From positions 160,332,001-160,396,000 of the forward strand of contig NC_042997.1 in assembly GCF_006345805.1 (NCBI RefSeq): a DNA stretch of 64,000 bases, read 5' to 3'. Both the position numbers and the translations under genes were made by a program. Shown here piece after piece: positions 14,031 to 31,599 of this stretch. Position 1 is the first letter of the stretch, and every line of letters begins with the position of its first letter. This DNA is from Octopus sinensis. Its lineage: Eukaryota. Under the pieces are notes generated by a model. It saw only the letters and a program-made list of their open reading frames with translations. It did no database searches and was not told the origin of the DNA.

Positions 14031-14050
14031 AGTAATAATAATAATAATAA

Positions 14051-14340
14051 GGATTACACCGGGGACGTTAAACAGGATTACACCGGGGACGTTAAATAAG
14101 GATTACACCGGGGACGTTAAACATGATTACACCGGGGACGTTAAACATGATTACATCGGGGACGTTAAACATGGATTACACCGGGGACGTTAAACATGAT
14201 TACACCGGGGACGTTAAACATGATTATACCAGGGACGTTAAACATGATTACACCGGGGGCGTTAAACATGATTACACCGGGGACGTTAAACATGATTACA
14301 CCGGGGACGTTAATCATGATTACACCGGGGACGTTCAACA
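14051..14340 (+). repeat. Tandem array of 12 x 24-25-bp units (TGATTACACCGGGGACGTTAAACA)
   Basis: Units counted directly. No spacers. The last unit runs into the Dong 5' UTR. Confidence 0.95.
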
Positions 14341-17300
14341 TGTGAGAGCGATAAAACAGTGCTCCGAAATCTATCCACAAACATCGGAGACAAAGACATC
14401 GCATGGAGTTAAAAAATAACTGACAAAGGATTGGACTATATCCGAGTAAGTAATACTCATTGAAATTTATTACTATTTCCAAAACGAAATGATTTATTTT
14501 AACTCGATATCATCTCCACCTCTAACACAACACATGTAAACATGCTTGATACATTACGATCCATCAACACCAGATCATATCCGGTCCCAAACACTCGGGA
14601 AGTCCGTACATTAAACTTACAACAGAAAATGTACGAAAAACTACATGTGTAAAACAATGTGACAACAGAAATGAACGGACCGGTACCCTACGAAAATGAC
14701 GACCGTCAAAATAATGGGCCGGACGTTGTTCCTCATGTCCCGCAAATAAAACCCAAAAGACATAAATGGACACGTGAGGAATACATTTCTATCCTACACG
14801 CTTACTTTACAGCTGTGCTCTACCCAAAGAATAAGAATACAACAACACATACATACAAAATATGGAAGAAAAATAACATAAATAAAGAACGGGATACAAC
14901 AATGAACCCTAATAAACTAGCATATATACGGAGATATATTTTCAACGCAAAAATATATCAGAAATAGAAATAGAACATTTAAAAGAAAAGTTACATCAGG
15001 AAAATGTAGATAGAAGCCACACAACAATGCCAAATAATATAAACACTGAAACAGTAAAACACGAAGACAAACGTAACATTTCCAACAAAAAGGATGTAAA
15101 CAAAAAACAACAAACCCAGACCGTAAGGATACATAATAATACACGACAAACAGCAAGCCAAAACACGACAAACAAACATACGGATGAGAAAGAAAGCGAC
15201 ACAAATCTAAAACCTGGAAACAACAAAGGGGAGCCTAATGATTATGAAACTATAAAAAGTAGAATAATCAAAGAACTGAAAACCACAGAGCTCAAAATGG
15301 ACCACCGACCATACCTCCCAAAAATCAAAATAGACAAAACAACATCAATTATAAACAACATAAACCTAGCCGTCACGAAATTAATAGCCACTGAAACAAA
15401 AAGCGATATCACTGAGCTAAATGACTTAGTATACGCAGCAGCCACTGCAGCCACAAAAGAAGCTGGATACTCACTCAAACCCATCCAAACAGGAGTACCA
15501 CCACCCAAACAAACCATGTGGATAAATAACATCCAAAACAAAACACAAAAAATGAGAAAAGATCTGTCGATTCTTAATGAAATCAGTAGACAATCAACGC
15601 TACTAAGCAACAAAAAGAGAACAAAAATACTCCTCAAATACAACACCACAGAAAAAGATTTACCTGAGATAACAGAAAAGCTGAAGCAAGATATCCTTGC
15701 CAAAGCACAAAGAATCCGCCGGTACGAGAAACGCCTACGTTCCTTTGAAAAAACAAGCAGTTCAACTCCAACCCCAAAAAGTTCTACCAACAACTGGGCA
15801 AAAATAAAATAGAAATCACTGCAGCACCAACGGCAGAAGAAGTGGAAGAATTCTGGAGAGAAATATGGTCGGCGAACGAACGACCAAAAAAAAAAGAGTA
15901 TTAAAACAACAAACTCAGCATCTGAGCAACTTTGGACCCCCATAACAACTGAAGAGGTCACCCAGGCACTGCAAAGACTAAGCAGCTGGAAGGCACCTGG
16001 GCATGAGAAGATCCCCAAATTCTGGTTGAAATATCTAACAGGAATGCACAAAAACCTGGCTGAAAACTTTAACAACATACTGGCAGAGCCAGAGACAATG
16101 CCTGAATGGATCACGGAGGGGAAAACCATCTTAATTCTCAAATCAAATGAGACAGCAAAACCAGAAAACTACTGTCTCCCTACAATGTGCAAAGCATTTA
16201 CTGCAGTAATATCGCAAAGATTGAACAAGCACCTAGACGAAAATAACCTGTATCCAGAAGAGCAGAAAGGATGCCGCAAAGCTCATATGGCTGTAAAGAT
16301 CAACTAATGATCAATAAAGCCATAACTGAAGACAGCCACAGAAAGAAGAAAGGCCTCAGTATGGCTTGGATCGACTACAAAAAGGCGTGTGATAGCATAC
16401 CCCACACATGGATCCTCGAAACACTAGCCATGAACAAAGTTGCACCAACAATTATAAAATACATAGGATACTCTATGAATAAATGGCAAACAGTGTTACA
16501 GCTCCAAACAAAAGAGGTACTTGTGAAAACCAAAGCCATCCCCATTAGAAGAGGAATATTCCAGGGAGACACGCTCTCTCCACTCCTTTTCTGCTTGGCA
16601 CTGTCACCTCTATCGGATATGCTAAACAGAACTGGATGCGGATATAAATGTTACGGCAAAACGATCAGCCACCTTTTATATATGGATGACATAAAACTAT
16701 ACGCTACAAATAACAAACAGCTGGAAACACTACTAAAGACAGTTGATGGATTTACCAAAGAAATATATATGAAATTTAGATAAGAGAAATGCGCCAAAGT
16801 AACCCTGAAAAGAGGAAAACTAGTTAAGAGTAGCAACATCACACTAGATAAAACCAATGAAATAAAAGAACTATACCAGAACCAAACTTACAATTACTTA
16901 GGAATCCATGAACTAGATAAGACACAACACACAAAAATGAAAGAGAAAATAAAAGAAGAATATTATAGACGAGTTAGATCAATACTGAAAACAGAGCCCA
17001 ATGCTAAAAACAAGATAATAGGTATCAACACTTTAGCCGTCCCAGTTATAAGTTACAGCTACAATATCCTTAACTGGACACTAAATGAACTGACCAAAAT
17101 AGATAGGAAAACAAGAAAAATAATGACAGGATCTAGGATGCATCACCCAAAATCTGACATAGAAAGGCTATATATACAACATATAGAAGGTGGTAGAGGC
17201 CTTATACAGCTGGAAAACTACTATAAAATAACCACCATAGGACTGCAAAAATATCTACTCCAGAAGGAAGGAAAACTGATAGAAATAGCGACAAAACACG

Positions 17301-17421
17301 AGCAAAACAAAAACTGTTCTCAGTATTTAAGAAAGCTGACATATACAAACAAGAAATCATACCACCTAACAAATATGAAGAAGAAGAAGAAGAAGAAGAA
17401 GAAGAAGAAGAAGAAGAGAAG

Positions 17422-17453
<32 letters not shown>

Positions 17454-17474
17454 GTAGTAGTAGAAGAAGAAGAA

Positions 17475-17505
<31 letters not shown>

Positions 17506-18487
17506 AAAAGAAGAAGAAGAAGAAGAAGAAGAAGAAGAAGAAGGAGAAGAAGAAGAAACAACAAAAGCTATAAAACAAATGAAATCCAAACTAAAAATAG
17601 AACAGCAAAGACCTATGATAAAACGATAGCAAGAAAAGCCCCTTCATAGGAAATAGTGGACTAAACTAAATGCAAAAGAAATAGACAAAGAAAAATCCCA
17701 ATAATGGTTGAGAAGCTCAGGACTCAAAGCAGAGACAGAAGGATAATTAATTGCAGCACAAGACGAAAGCCTCCCCACCAGAAATTACCAAAAACATGTA
17801 ATGAAAAGAAATATAACAAATAACTGCAGAATATGTGGAGATGGACAAGAAACAATAAATCATATTATCTCTGGCTGCCCAGTCCTGGCTAAGAAGGAAT
17901 ATATTCACAGACACGACAGATTTGGGACCTATATACACTGGAAACTATGCCAACATTATGGAATAACAACAGAAAAAAGGTGGTATAGGCACACACCAGA
18001 AAAGGTCACAGAAAACGAGAAAGCAACCATACTCTGGGATATGCCAATACACACAGATAGAGAAATTAAGGCCAACAGACCAGATATAGTTGTCAGAGAT
18101 CATGAAGAAAAAATTGCTTTCTAATTGATGTATCAATACCAGCGGATGACAACGTGTCTCTAAAAGAAATGGAGAAACTTTCAAAATACAAAGACCTGGA
18201 AATAGAGGTAACCAGAATGTGGAATCTAAAAACAGAAACATTTCCTATCATAATAGGTGCATTAGGCATGATAAAAAAAATATTCAGACAAATACATAAC
18301 AAAAATACCAGGACTTACAAACACATATAACATACAGAAAATTGCACTACTAGGCACTGCACACATCCTACGCAGAACACTTTCCATACAATAACCATCA
18401 GAGCATCACAACAAATCACAGCACATACCTAAGGCACACAGAGCTGCGCTCGGTAGTGAAGTGAAAGCACGCTATGAAAATATACTA

Positions 18488-18491
<4 letters not shown>
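14051..18491 (+). mobile_element. Apparently full-length R4/Dong element, multiply frameshifted
   Basis: N-terminal KRHKWTREEY (Myb-like). RT GIFQGDTLSPLLF and YMDDIKL, CRIC..ETINHIISGC, RHD, ANRPDIV. ORF remnants span ~14671-18394. (TAA)n on both sides; internal (GAA)n at 17375-17556. Confidence 0.95.
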
Positions 18492-18517
<26 letters not shown>

Positions 18518-18518
<1 letters not shown>

Positions 18519-18684
18519 TCGAAAAATACCTTAAGAAATAGAACCCAGTTTCGAAATTTCCCCAAGACACCTGATGAAGGCTGGAGGGTATATCAGCCGG
18601 AAAGTTGTGTTAACAAGCATGATGAGGACAAATATCCGTCAAATGTAATAATGTACATAATTCCTCATCTCTTAAATATAGAAC
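18518..18684 (+). ncRNA. Hammerhead-containing repeat module, copy B
   Basis: GACAC-CTGATGA-A-GGCTG(loop)CAGCC-GGAAA-GTT-GTGTT at 18566-18611. Downstream GATGAGGA/TCCTCATC stem. Confidence 0.7.
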
Positions 18685-19474
18685 AATACAAAGTATGTAG
18701 CCCTTAAAACGGCTTTTTGTGCATTTACAGAGGATGCCTAAATGCCTTACACAGGATCTTGTTTTTAGAAATTCCCAATAAGTTGGGAATATCCAAATTG
18801 TATAGTCAGTTATGTAATAGCATGCAATTAGTTACCCGATAGTAAGAATTCAAATAAAGGGCTTTAATGCGTTCCCAGAGTAAATAGAATTTAGGAGGAA
18901 ATACTAAGGTATGCATACTAAAATCGTGAAGCATGTTACGTAATAACAGGCTAATCAGGTGTGAGATAATAACAATTCAAAGTAAATAACTCTGAAAAGG
19001 GCTTTTGTGCTTTCCCAGAGAATATTACCCTCAGCAGCGCTAGTGTTGGTATATTCATGAATAAGTCACTAAACGAAATAATTGGATATATTGTTTATGG
19101 AAATACTATTTATTTGTTTAAGGATTGTACTGGATAAATTGCGAAAATAACTCTAACAGTTGAAATACTAAGAAATAAGCATACCCACTTTGATTTATAC
19201 CAAATAATTTAGGAAATTGAATTGGTTATTTCCCTTGGCTATATATATATATGCATCACTTCCAGGGGCCCTATTATCATTTTTTTTCAACAATCTGAGT
19301 ATGCCATGAGGTTTCTAGACAGGAGTTCTACTCACGTATCAAATTAAATACGTGTGAGTATGTATAGATATACTTGTGCCAATGTGTAAGCGCTTTAAAT
19401 TGAATATGTATGTTTTATATATTGATGAATAACGATTTAACAGTCAATTTTTCAAACTTTCATCTATGCATTCA

Positions 19475-20105
19475 TAGCCGTTGTTAGCCGCCAGTCGACG
19501 TCGTAACCGTGTCGTCGCTGATGGGTCGTGGTCCTGTGCCAATGGTTTCGCGTGCTGTCACGCTGGCCGGTCTGAGCCATCACGGACGTGTTGCAGGTGG
19601 ATGAAGCCGTCATACATGGGTGTGGTCACCCGGGGTGTCTTCTGCGTGCACGGTCTGCAGAGCTTTTAGTGTTGTATCGCTGTTGCAGGCGATAGATTGT
19701 ACTGACATGGATATTGTAACCTTTGGCAACAACCAGGGTACGCTGCCTTGCTTGCAGTCAGCCTATAGCTTATTCTTTTTGCGCTGCTGACTGACGCATC
19801 ATGCCCGATGCGTCCACATTACGGATGCCAGGAATGCGGTTCAGGTTGATGTTTATACTCATAACCTCCACGAGATGCATGTGCATTTCGGTTTTCGTGA
19901 AAATTATTTGCGGCTGCCTCCCACGGAATTCAGCGCAGCTACGTTTTGGCATCTCGTTTCAGGGCAAGTTGAAAGGTAACCTGCAATTTGGATATCACCG
20001 CTAAACCAGCATGTCTTGGAATATTTATACTTACATCTCCAAAATAAATTTTCGGAATTTACCATAAAAAGACAGTTGGAAACATCACGTTTCTTTTGCG
20101 GTTCA

Positions 20106-20108
<3 letters not shown>
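19475..20108 (-). mobile_element. Tc1-like transposon 5' fragment
   Basis: Terminus TA|TGCTGAACCGCAAAAGAAACGTG at the (TA)n edge. Degenerate N-terminal transposase sequence with PRVTT (GRPR-like) and RRLAAN. Confidence 0.6.
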
Positions 20109-20148
<40 letters not shown>

Positions 20149-20224
20149 TAATAAATATTAGGGAATAAATCCAAACTTACAGGGAAAAATCAGATTCAGG
20201 ATTGAATCCAATTTTATAATAAAA

Positions 20225-20721
<497 letters not shown>

Positions 20722-20741
20722 ATATATATATATATATATAC

Positions 20742-20840
<99 letters not shown>

Positions 20841-20944
20841 TCATGTATGTATGTATTTATGCATACATTCATATACACTTGTTATGTATGTATGCATATA
20901 AACAGCTATGTATACGTAGAAACATACATGCACACACATATATA

Positions 20945-22563
20945 CAGTAGTGGCCATAATATAAGGGTTATTAAGAATGAGTGTACTGAAATAGTTATTT
21001 ACAGAATATTAACAACACTTCGAGATGAGATATTTTAAACACATTTAGATATATCTATCTTTCATGAAAATGTCAAGTGAATGGAATAAATATTTCGTAA
21101 ATGATGAGGAAATAAACAAACAATCTTCCAAATTACAGCAGTCAAAAGTTGAGCGTCACTTAGAAAAAATGAACTACTAGCCGAGGTATTTGTTGTTTAG
21201 AAGACTGTTAATGGCCTAACAGTTATTTTTTATGAACTTACATTATTAGAACATTCAACTTTCAACATGGAGACTTGTGAGAGATTACTGATGTCCTGTG
21301 ATGAAAAACAAAGTATCATGTGCCTTCAACAAGATGGCAAGTCAAATTCTGTGATAGCAACTATTATAGGAAGGTCTAGATGTGTTGTCCAAGGAATTGT
21401 AGATCGTTTTAAGTAATCCGGATCGACTGATGCTAAACTTAAAACCTAAAACCGATAGACCTCGTAAATCTTCACTAAGACAGGATCATATTATGGTTAG
21501 AATGGTCACTGAAGGATAGGTTTAAGAGTGCCGCTGAGATATCCCGCGAGTTTAGCTCCACTTCCGGTGTCAACGTATCGCGCAAAACATTTTCTCGGAG
21601 CCTATGAGGTTCTGGGTTGCTTGCTCGGACACTGGCAAAGAAACTGCTGATCTTCAAGAAGAATCAAAGAGCTCGTCTTCGTTTCGCTCACCCAGATGTC
21701 GTTTGGACAAAAAACAGTGGTCGCAAATGCATTTTAGCGTTGAATCCATGTTTAACGTGAATGCTTCCGATGGCAGAATGTATGTCCAACAAAGAAGTGG
21801 CAAAATGTTATCTCTCTCATGTGTGAAGAAGATAGTGGAATATGAAGGAGCCAGTGTAATGGCAAGGGTAGGGATCTCTGCTGCTGCTCATTCGTCTACA
21901 AGGGACGGTCAATGCTGAAATCTACGGGCAGCTTCCTAGACATCCTGCCTTTCCACATCTCCGAACCTCGTCAGTTTAATCTCCTATCTTCGTGCAGGAC
22001 AACGCTCCCTATCACATGCGAAGAGAGTCAAAGAGTTTTTTAAGTGATGAAGGAGTTGATCTCATGGACAGGCCACCTCAAAATACCGATCTCAACCCTA
22101 TAGAAAGCGCTTGGAAGATTATTAGAGATGGGGCACGAAGGAGAGATCCCATGAACCAAGATGAGTTCTAGGAATTATGAAAAATGAATAGAACAATATT
22201 ACTCCATCATTTTGCAAGAAATTAATTCAGTCCTGTGGTAACAGATGTCAGGAGGTCATTGATAGTAAAGGAATGTTTACAAAATATTAATAGTAAGGGT
22301 TACTTTTTTGCTCTTATTCCATTTTTCATTGCTTTTGTAAGTGACCCTTCACATTTGGCTGTAGCAGTTTAGAAGATTATTTGTTTATTTCCTCATAACT
22401 TACGAAATATTTATTCCCTTGACTTAAAATTGTCACAAAAGATAGATGATATATATATATCTAAATATGTGCGAAACATCTAGTCTCAACATTTTCTTGA
22501 TCTTCTATGATAAATATTTCAATACACTTGTTCTCACCGACCCTTATATTATGGCCGCTATTG
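20945..22563 (+). mobile_element. Tc1-family DNA transposon with both TIRs and a pseudogenised transposase
   Basis: TA|CAGTAGTGGCCATAATATAAGGG ... CCCTTATATTATGGCCGCTATTG|TA. Imperfect TIRs of ~220 bp. FVQDNAPYH and PPQNTDLNPIESAW catalytic motifs. Confidence 0.92.
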
Positions 22564-23257
22564 TACATGCGCCCGTTTGAGTAAAAATCAAAAAGTAAAA
22601 TTTATTATTCATAGGCATTGTGTTTGTATGAGCGGTAAGTTTGTGTATTGTGTAGTGTAATGATTCAGTATGTTCAGCGTACTAAATGATTGATTAGGGT
22701 TGATTTTTCCATTAGTTTTGTTTGTTTAATGGTAGAAAAAGTAAATATTCGAGATATGACACATTTTCGCATGTTTCACTCTTTTTCCATCTCTCCTTCC
22801 GTTTAAATGCATATATTTATACACACACGCAGGCACAGCACATGTATTTAAACTGAAATATACTCAAAGTGACTTGTTTCTCTTTCTCACCTTTCCTTTA
22901 AATGTATGTATATATATTATACATATACATACATACATACATACATACATACATACAAACATACATATAAATATATATGTGTGTGTGTATATGCATACAT
23001 ATATATATATATGTACGTATATATATATATTATGAATATACAAATATATATATGTATGTGTATATATATATATATACATGCATGCATACATATATATACA
23101 TATATATAAATATATATATATAAATGTATATATATATGTATGCATACATATATATATATACACATACATATATCTAATATATATATATATATCGATATAT
23201 ATATATATATAAATGTATATATGTATCTTTCTATCTATCCATCCATCTATCTATCTA

Positions 23258-23344
<87 letters not shown>

Positions 23345-23389
23345 GAAACAAATTGAGGTTGTAAGATACCACACGATGGAATTATATAT

Positions 23390-28390
<5,001 letters not shown>

Positions 28391-28428
28391 GTATATACAT
28401 ATACATATATATATTAAGAAAATAAGAC

Positions 28429-28484
<56 letters not shown>

Positions 28485-28504
28485 ATATATATGTTTATAT
28501 ATAT

Positions 28505-30370
28505 ATGACATTCAAAAATATAATAAGAGCCATACAGATCATGTACTTGGGACACCTAACCGACCTGTTTGTGGTGCCAACAATGCTAACAACCGCAAAG
28601 CATCGTATTTTCTCTCACATTTCCTACGACCCTTAATAGAGTTATCTGCAGATGTATGTGAAAGTACTGAAGACCTCCTTATCATGATTCGTGAATGCAA
28701 CAACACACGTGACCTCTGTGACCACATCGTATGTAGCATGGATGTGGTATCACTATATCCTTCCATTGATTTAGACTTTCTATCGAAAAATGTATAGAGT
28801 GTATTTGTGAGAGTAATATGTTATTTAAAAATGTGGACGTATTTGAACTAGGCCATTTCCTGACTTGTACCGATGAATATCTGTCACGCAATAATCATGG
28901 TTATGATTGTCCAACCCGTAACAAACGAGGTAGACCACCTACTACCACCTCAGCATACAAAACGATTCACAGTGAACGTTGTCATGACTGGACGAAACCA
29001 GACCACCCACCTTCAGATGTACACGACATCAGAACTACTGCTGTAAACGCTATCGGTGTCAGCCTTAGAACTACTCTTAAAAACCATATTTTAAAGTTTA
29101 ACAATAAACTGTATAAACAAATAAAAGGCGGTGCTATTGGAATAGGGATCGCCGGTGATGGTATTCTGGGACAGACATTTTAAACAGTGCCTAGCGACCC
29201 GTAGCATCCACTTAGCTATGTACTCTCGATACGTTGACGACATTAACCTTGTGAAAAGTAATAGTAATACACCTATGGACACTCTAATATATGAAGAACA
29301 GGTGAAGACAGCTATACAACACATTGCTGACCCTATCCATAGCAGTATAAGGGTTACCGTAGACTAATCCTCTAAACACCCCAGTAATAGATTACCTGTC
29401 CTAGATACTGAGCTGTGGATAGAAAATACTATGATTAACGGAACTGTTAAACCCTGTTTACTCCACTCACACTCTTGTAAACCTATGGCTAATCCACTGG
29501 TAGTCTGTAGTGACTCAGCGATGTCAAGTACTACTAGAATCAATATCCTCGTGGCGGACTTAGAGTAATGAGGACTGTATGCCCACTATACCAACCACAA
29601 CAACGACAACAACACATCCAGCACTACATATTCCGAATGCAACGTTCCGGATACATACAGTACGATTGAATCAGAGTGTACAAAGGAGCGAAAACAAGAT
29701 TCGAACACATGCTAAGAGTTGACGAAAACGGTATATGCCTCCTATACCGCAACAAGTTCTGGAATAGGTTGCAGAGGGACACCCACAAAAGAAATAAAAA
29801 AACGATACTTGGTATGATAACACGAAGTTTCACAGTGTAGTGTTTGTTGACGCTACACCTAAGAACGAATAAATTAAAGCATTTAAGAAAATCCTGCACA
29901 CAACTAGCCTTAAGAAAAGACAGGTAGGACTATCAAATCTGTATTAAGTAGATCATATCCATTTGATAGAATCACGTGTCAGAATATTTGTGCAGTATGT
30001 TCTACAAACCCACATGTGAACTGCAAATCCAAGATCACTGTATACCAGATTATGTGCCAAGAAGGAGCTTGCGCGATTATCCCAGAGTCATATATTGGGG
30101 AAAGTTCTGGGAGCATCAATGATAGGTTAAAAGAACATCTGGACAACTACATTGAAATGAAACCAATCTCCATCTTCTATCAGCATGCTGTAGACTGCCA
30201 CAAGGGCTCCTTGGGGAGACTGAAGTTAAACATCTTATCTACACAGCCTACTGATAGAATGCTGAGACAAGTCACTGAAGCTGTCTGTATACAAGAATAC
30301 AAACCCACTCTCAACCATAAATCCGAATGGTATATCTCTAAGATTCCACTCGGGAGTACCCCTCCATAAC
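28505..30370 (+). mobile_element. Penelope-like element of a different lineage, decayed
   Basis: SMDVVSLYPSI, YKQIKGGAIG, YSRYVDDI; GIY-YIG VYQIMC..SYIGES..RLKEH. Confidence 0.85.
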
Positions 30371-30686
30371 CACCCCTTTCTGTCATTTACATGTAGAAAT
30401 CCATACATGTTGAGATGCATGATACCGAAATACATATATGTAGTTATATATAACCGTATGAGCGTACATAGATTGATACGTATGTACGTATATATTGATG
30501 TATGTGTGTGTGTGTCTATGTGGTGTATGGTCTGTGAGTATGTGAGTGTATAAGTATGTACATGCATGCACGTATGAGTATGTGTGTAGATATATGTATG
30601 TACTTGGTATGTATATGTGTGTATAAAAAAGATTAAAAAATAAAACAAAGCAAATTTGAATTTTAACCGTTATCCACGAAAATAGT

Positions 30687-30744
<58 letters not shown>

Positions 30745-31276
30745 GCGTGTGTGTGTGTATGTGTGTGAGTATGTGTGTAGATGGATAAGCGTATATGTGT
30801 GTATACTTTAAGATTATATGTATATTTGTGAGTGTGTGTAAGTGTCGATATGATTGTGTGTACTTGTATATATGCATAAGAAAGGTTATATTTGCATATA
30901 TGTATCTAAGACGTTGTATCCATTCACTGTGAGAATGGATGAGAGGAACAAACGCACACACACACACACACATATATGGCTGTATATATATGTATGTGTG
31001 TGTATGTGTGTGTGTGAATACAACCTTCAACAAAGTAACAGTCATGTATACAACTTGCACAGGCACATATCAGTATATAAACATACGTTCACATGTACAC
31101 ATACATGTACACACACAGACACGTCTACACACCAAAATACTCACGTACATAAATAAGTACATACGTATATACTTACATACATACATGCGTATAGGCATGC
31201 CACATGTATAGGCATGTACACATATGCATACGCACATTCATGTGCACCTACATACATACATACATACATACATACA

Positions 31277-31307
<31 letters not shown>

Positions 31308-31488
31308 CATGAACTAACTGCTACTTTCTCAGATGCAGCACGGAATTTCGTCAGTGAATAGGTCGCTGTCTGAAAGCGACGAAAATATATTAAATTTAAA
31401 CGTTGAAGTGGATCTAACGGTTTTTGTGCATTTTAAATGGCTTAATGACACCTTCCACACTGCAATTGGTTATATATATATTTATATT

Positions 31489-31532
<44 letters not shown>

Positions 31533-31599
31533 CACACACAGATATATATTCATATACATATATGTATAAGGAAAATAAGACAAGGTAGAAAATGCTAAA

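Noticed and set aside
14051-14340. CRISPR-like array, or the 98-aa repeat ORF (DYTGDVKH)n
   Set aside because: No unique spacers, no cas genes and a eukaryotic context. Unit-length indels break the frame, so the peptide is incidental.
15242-16141. 299-aa minus-strand ORF
   Set aside because: Antisense shadow of the A-rich Dong coding strand.
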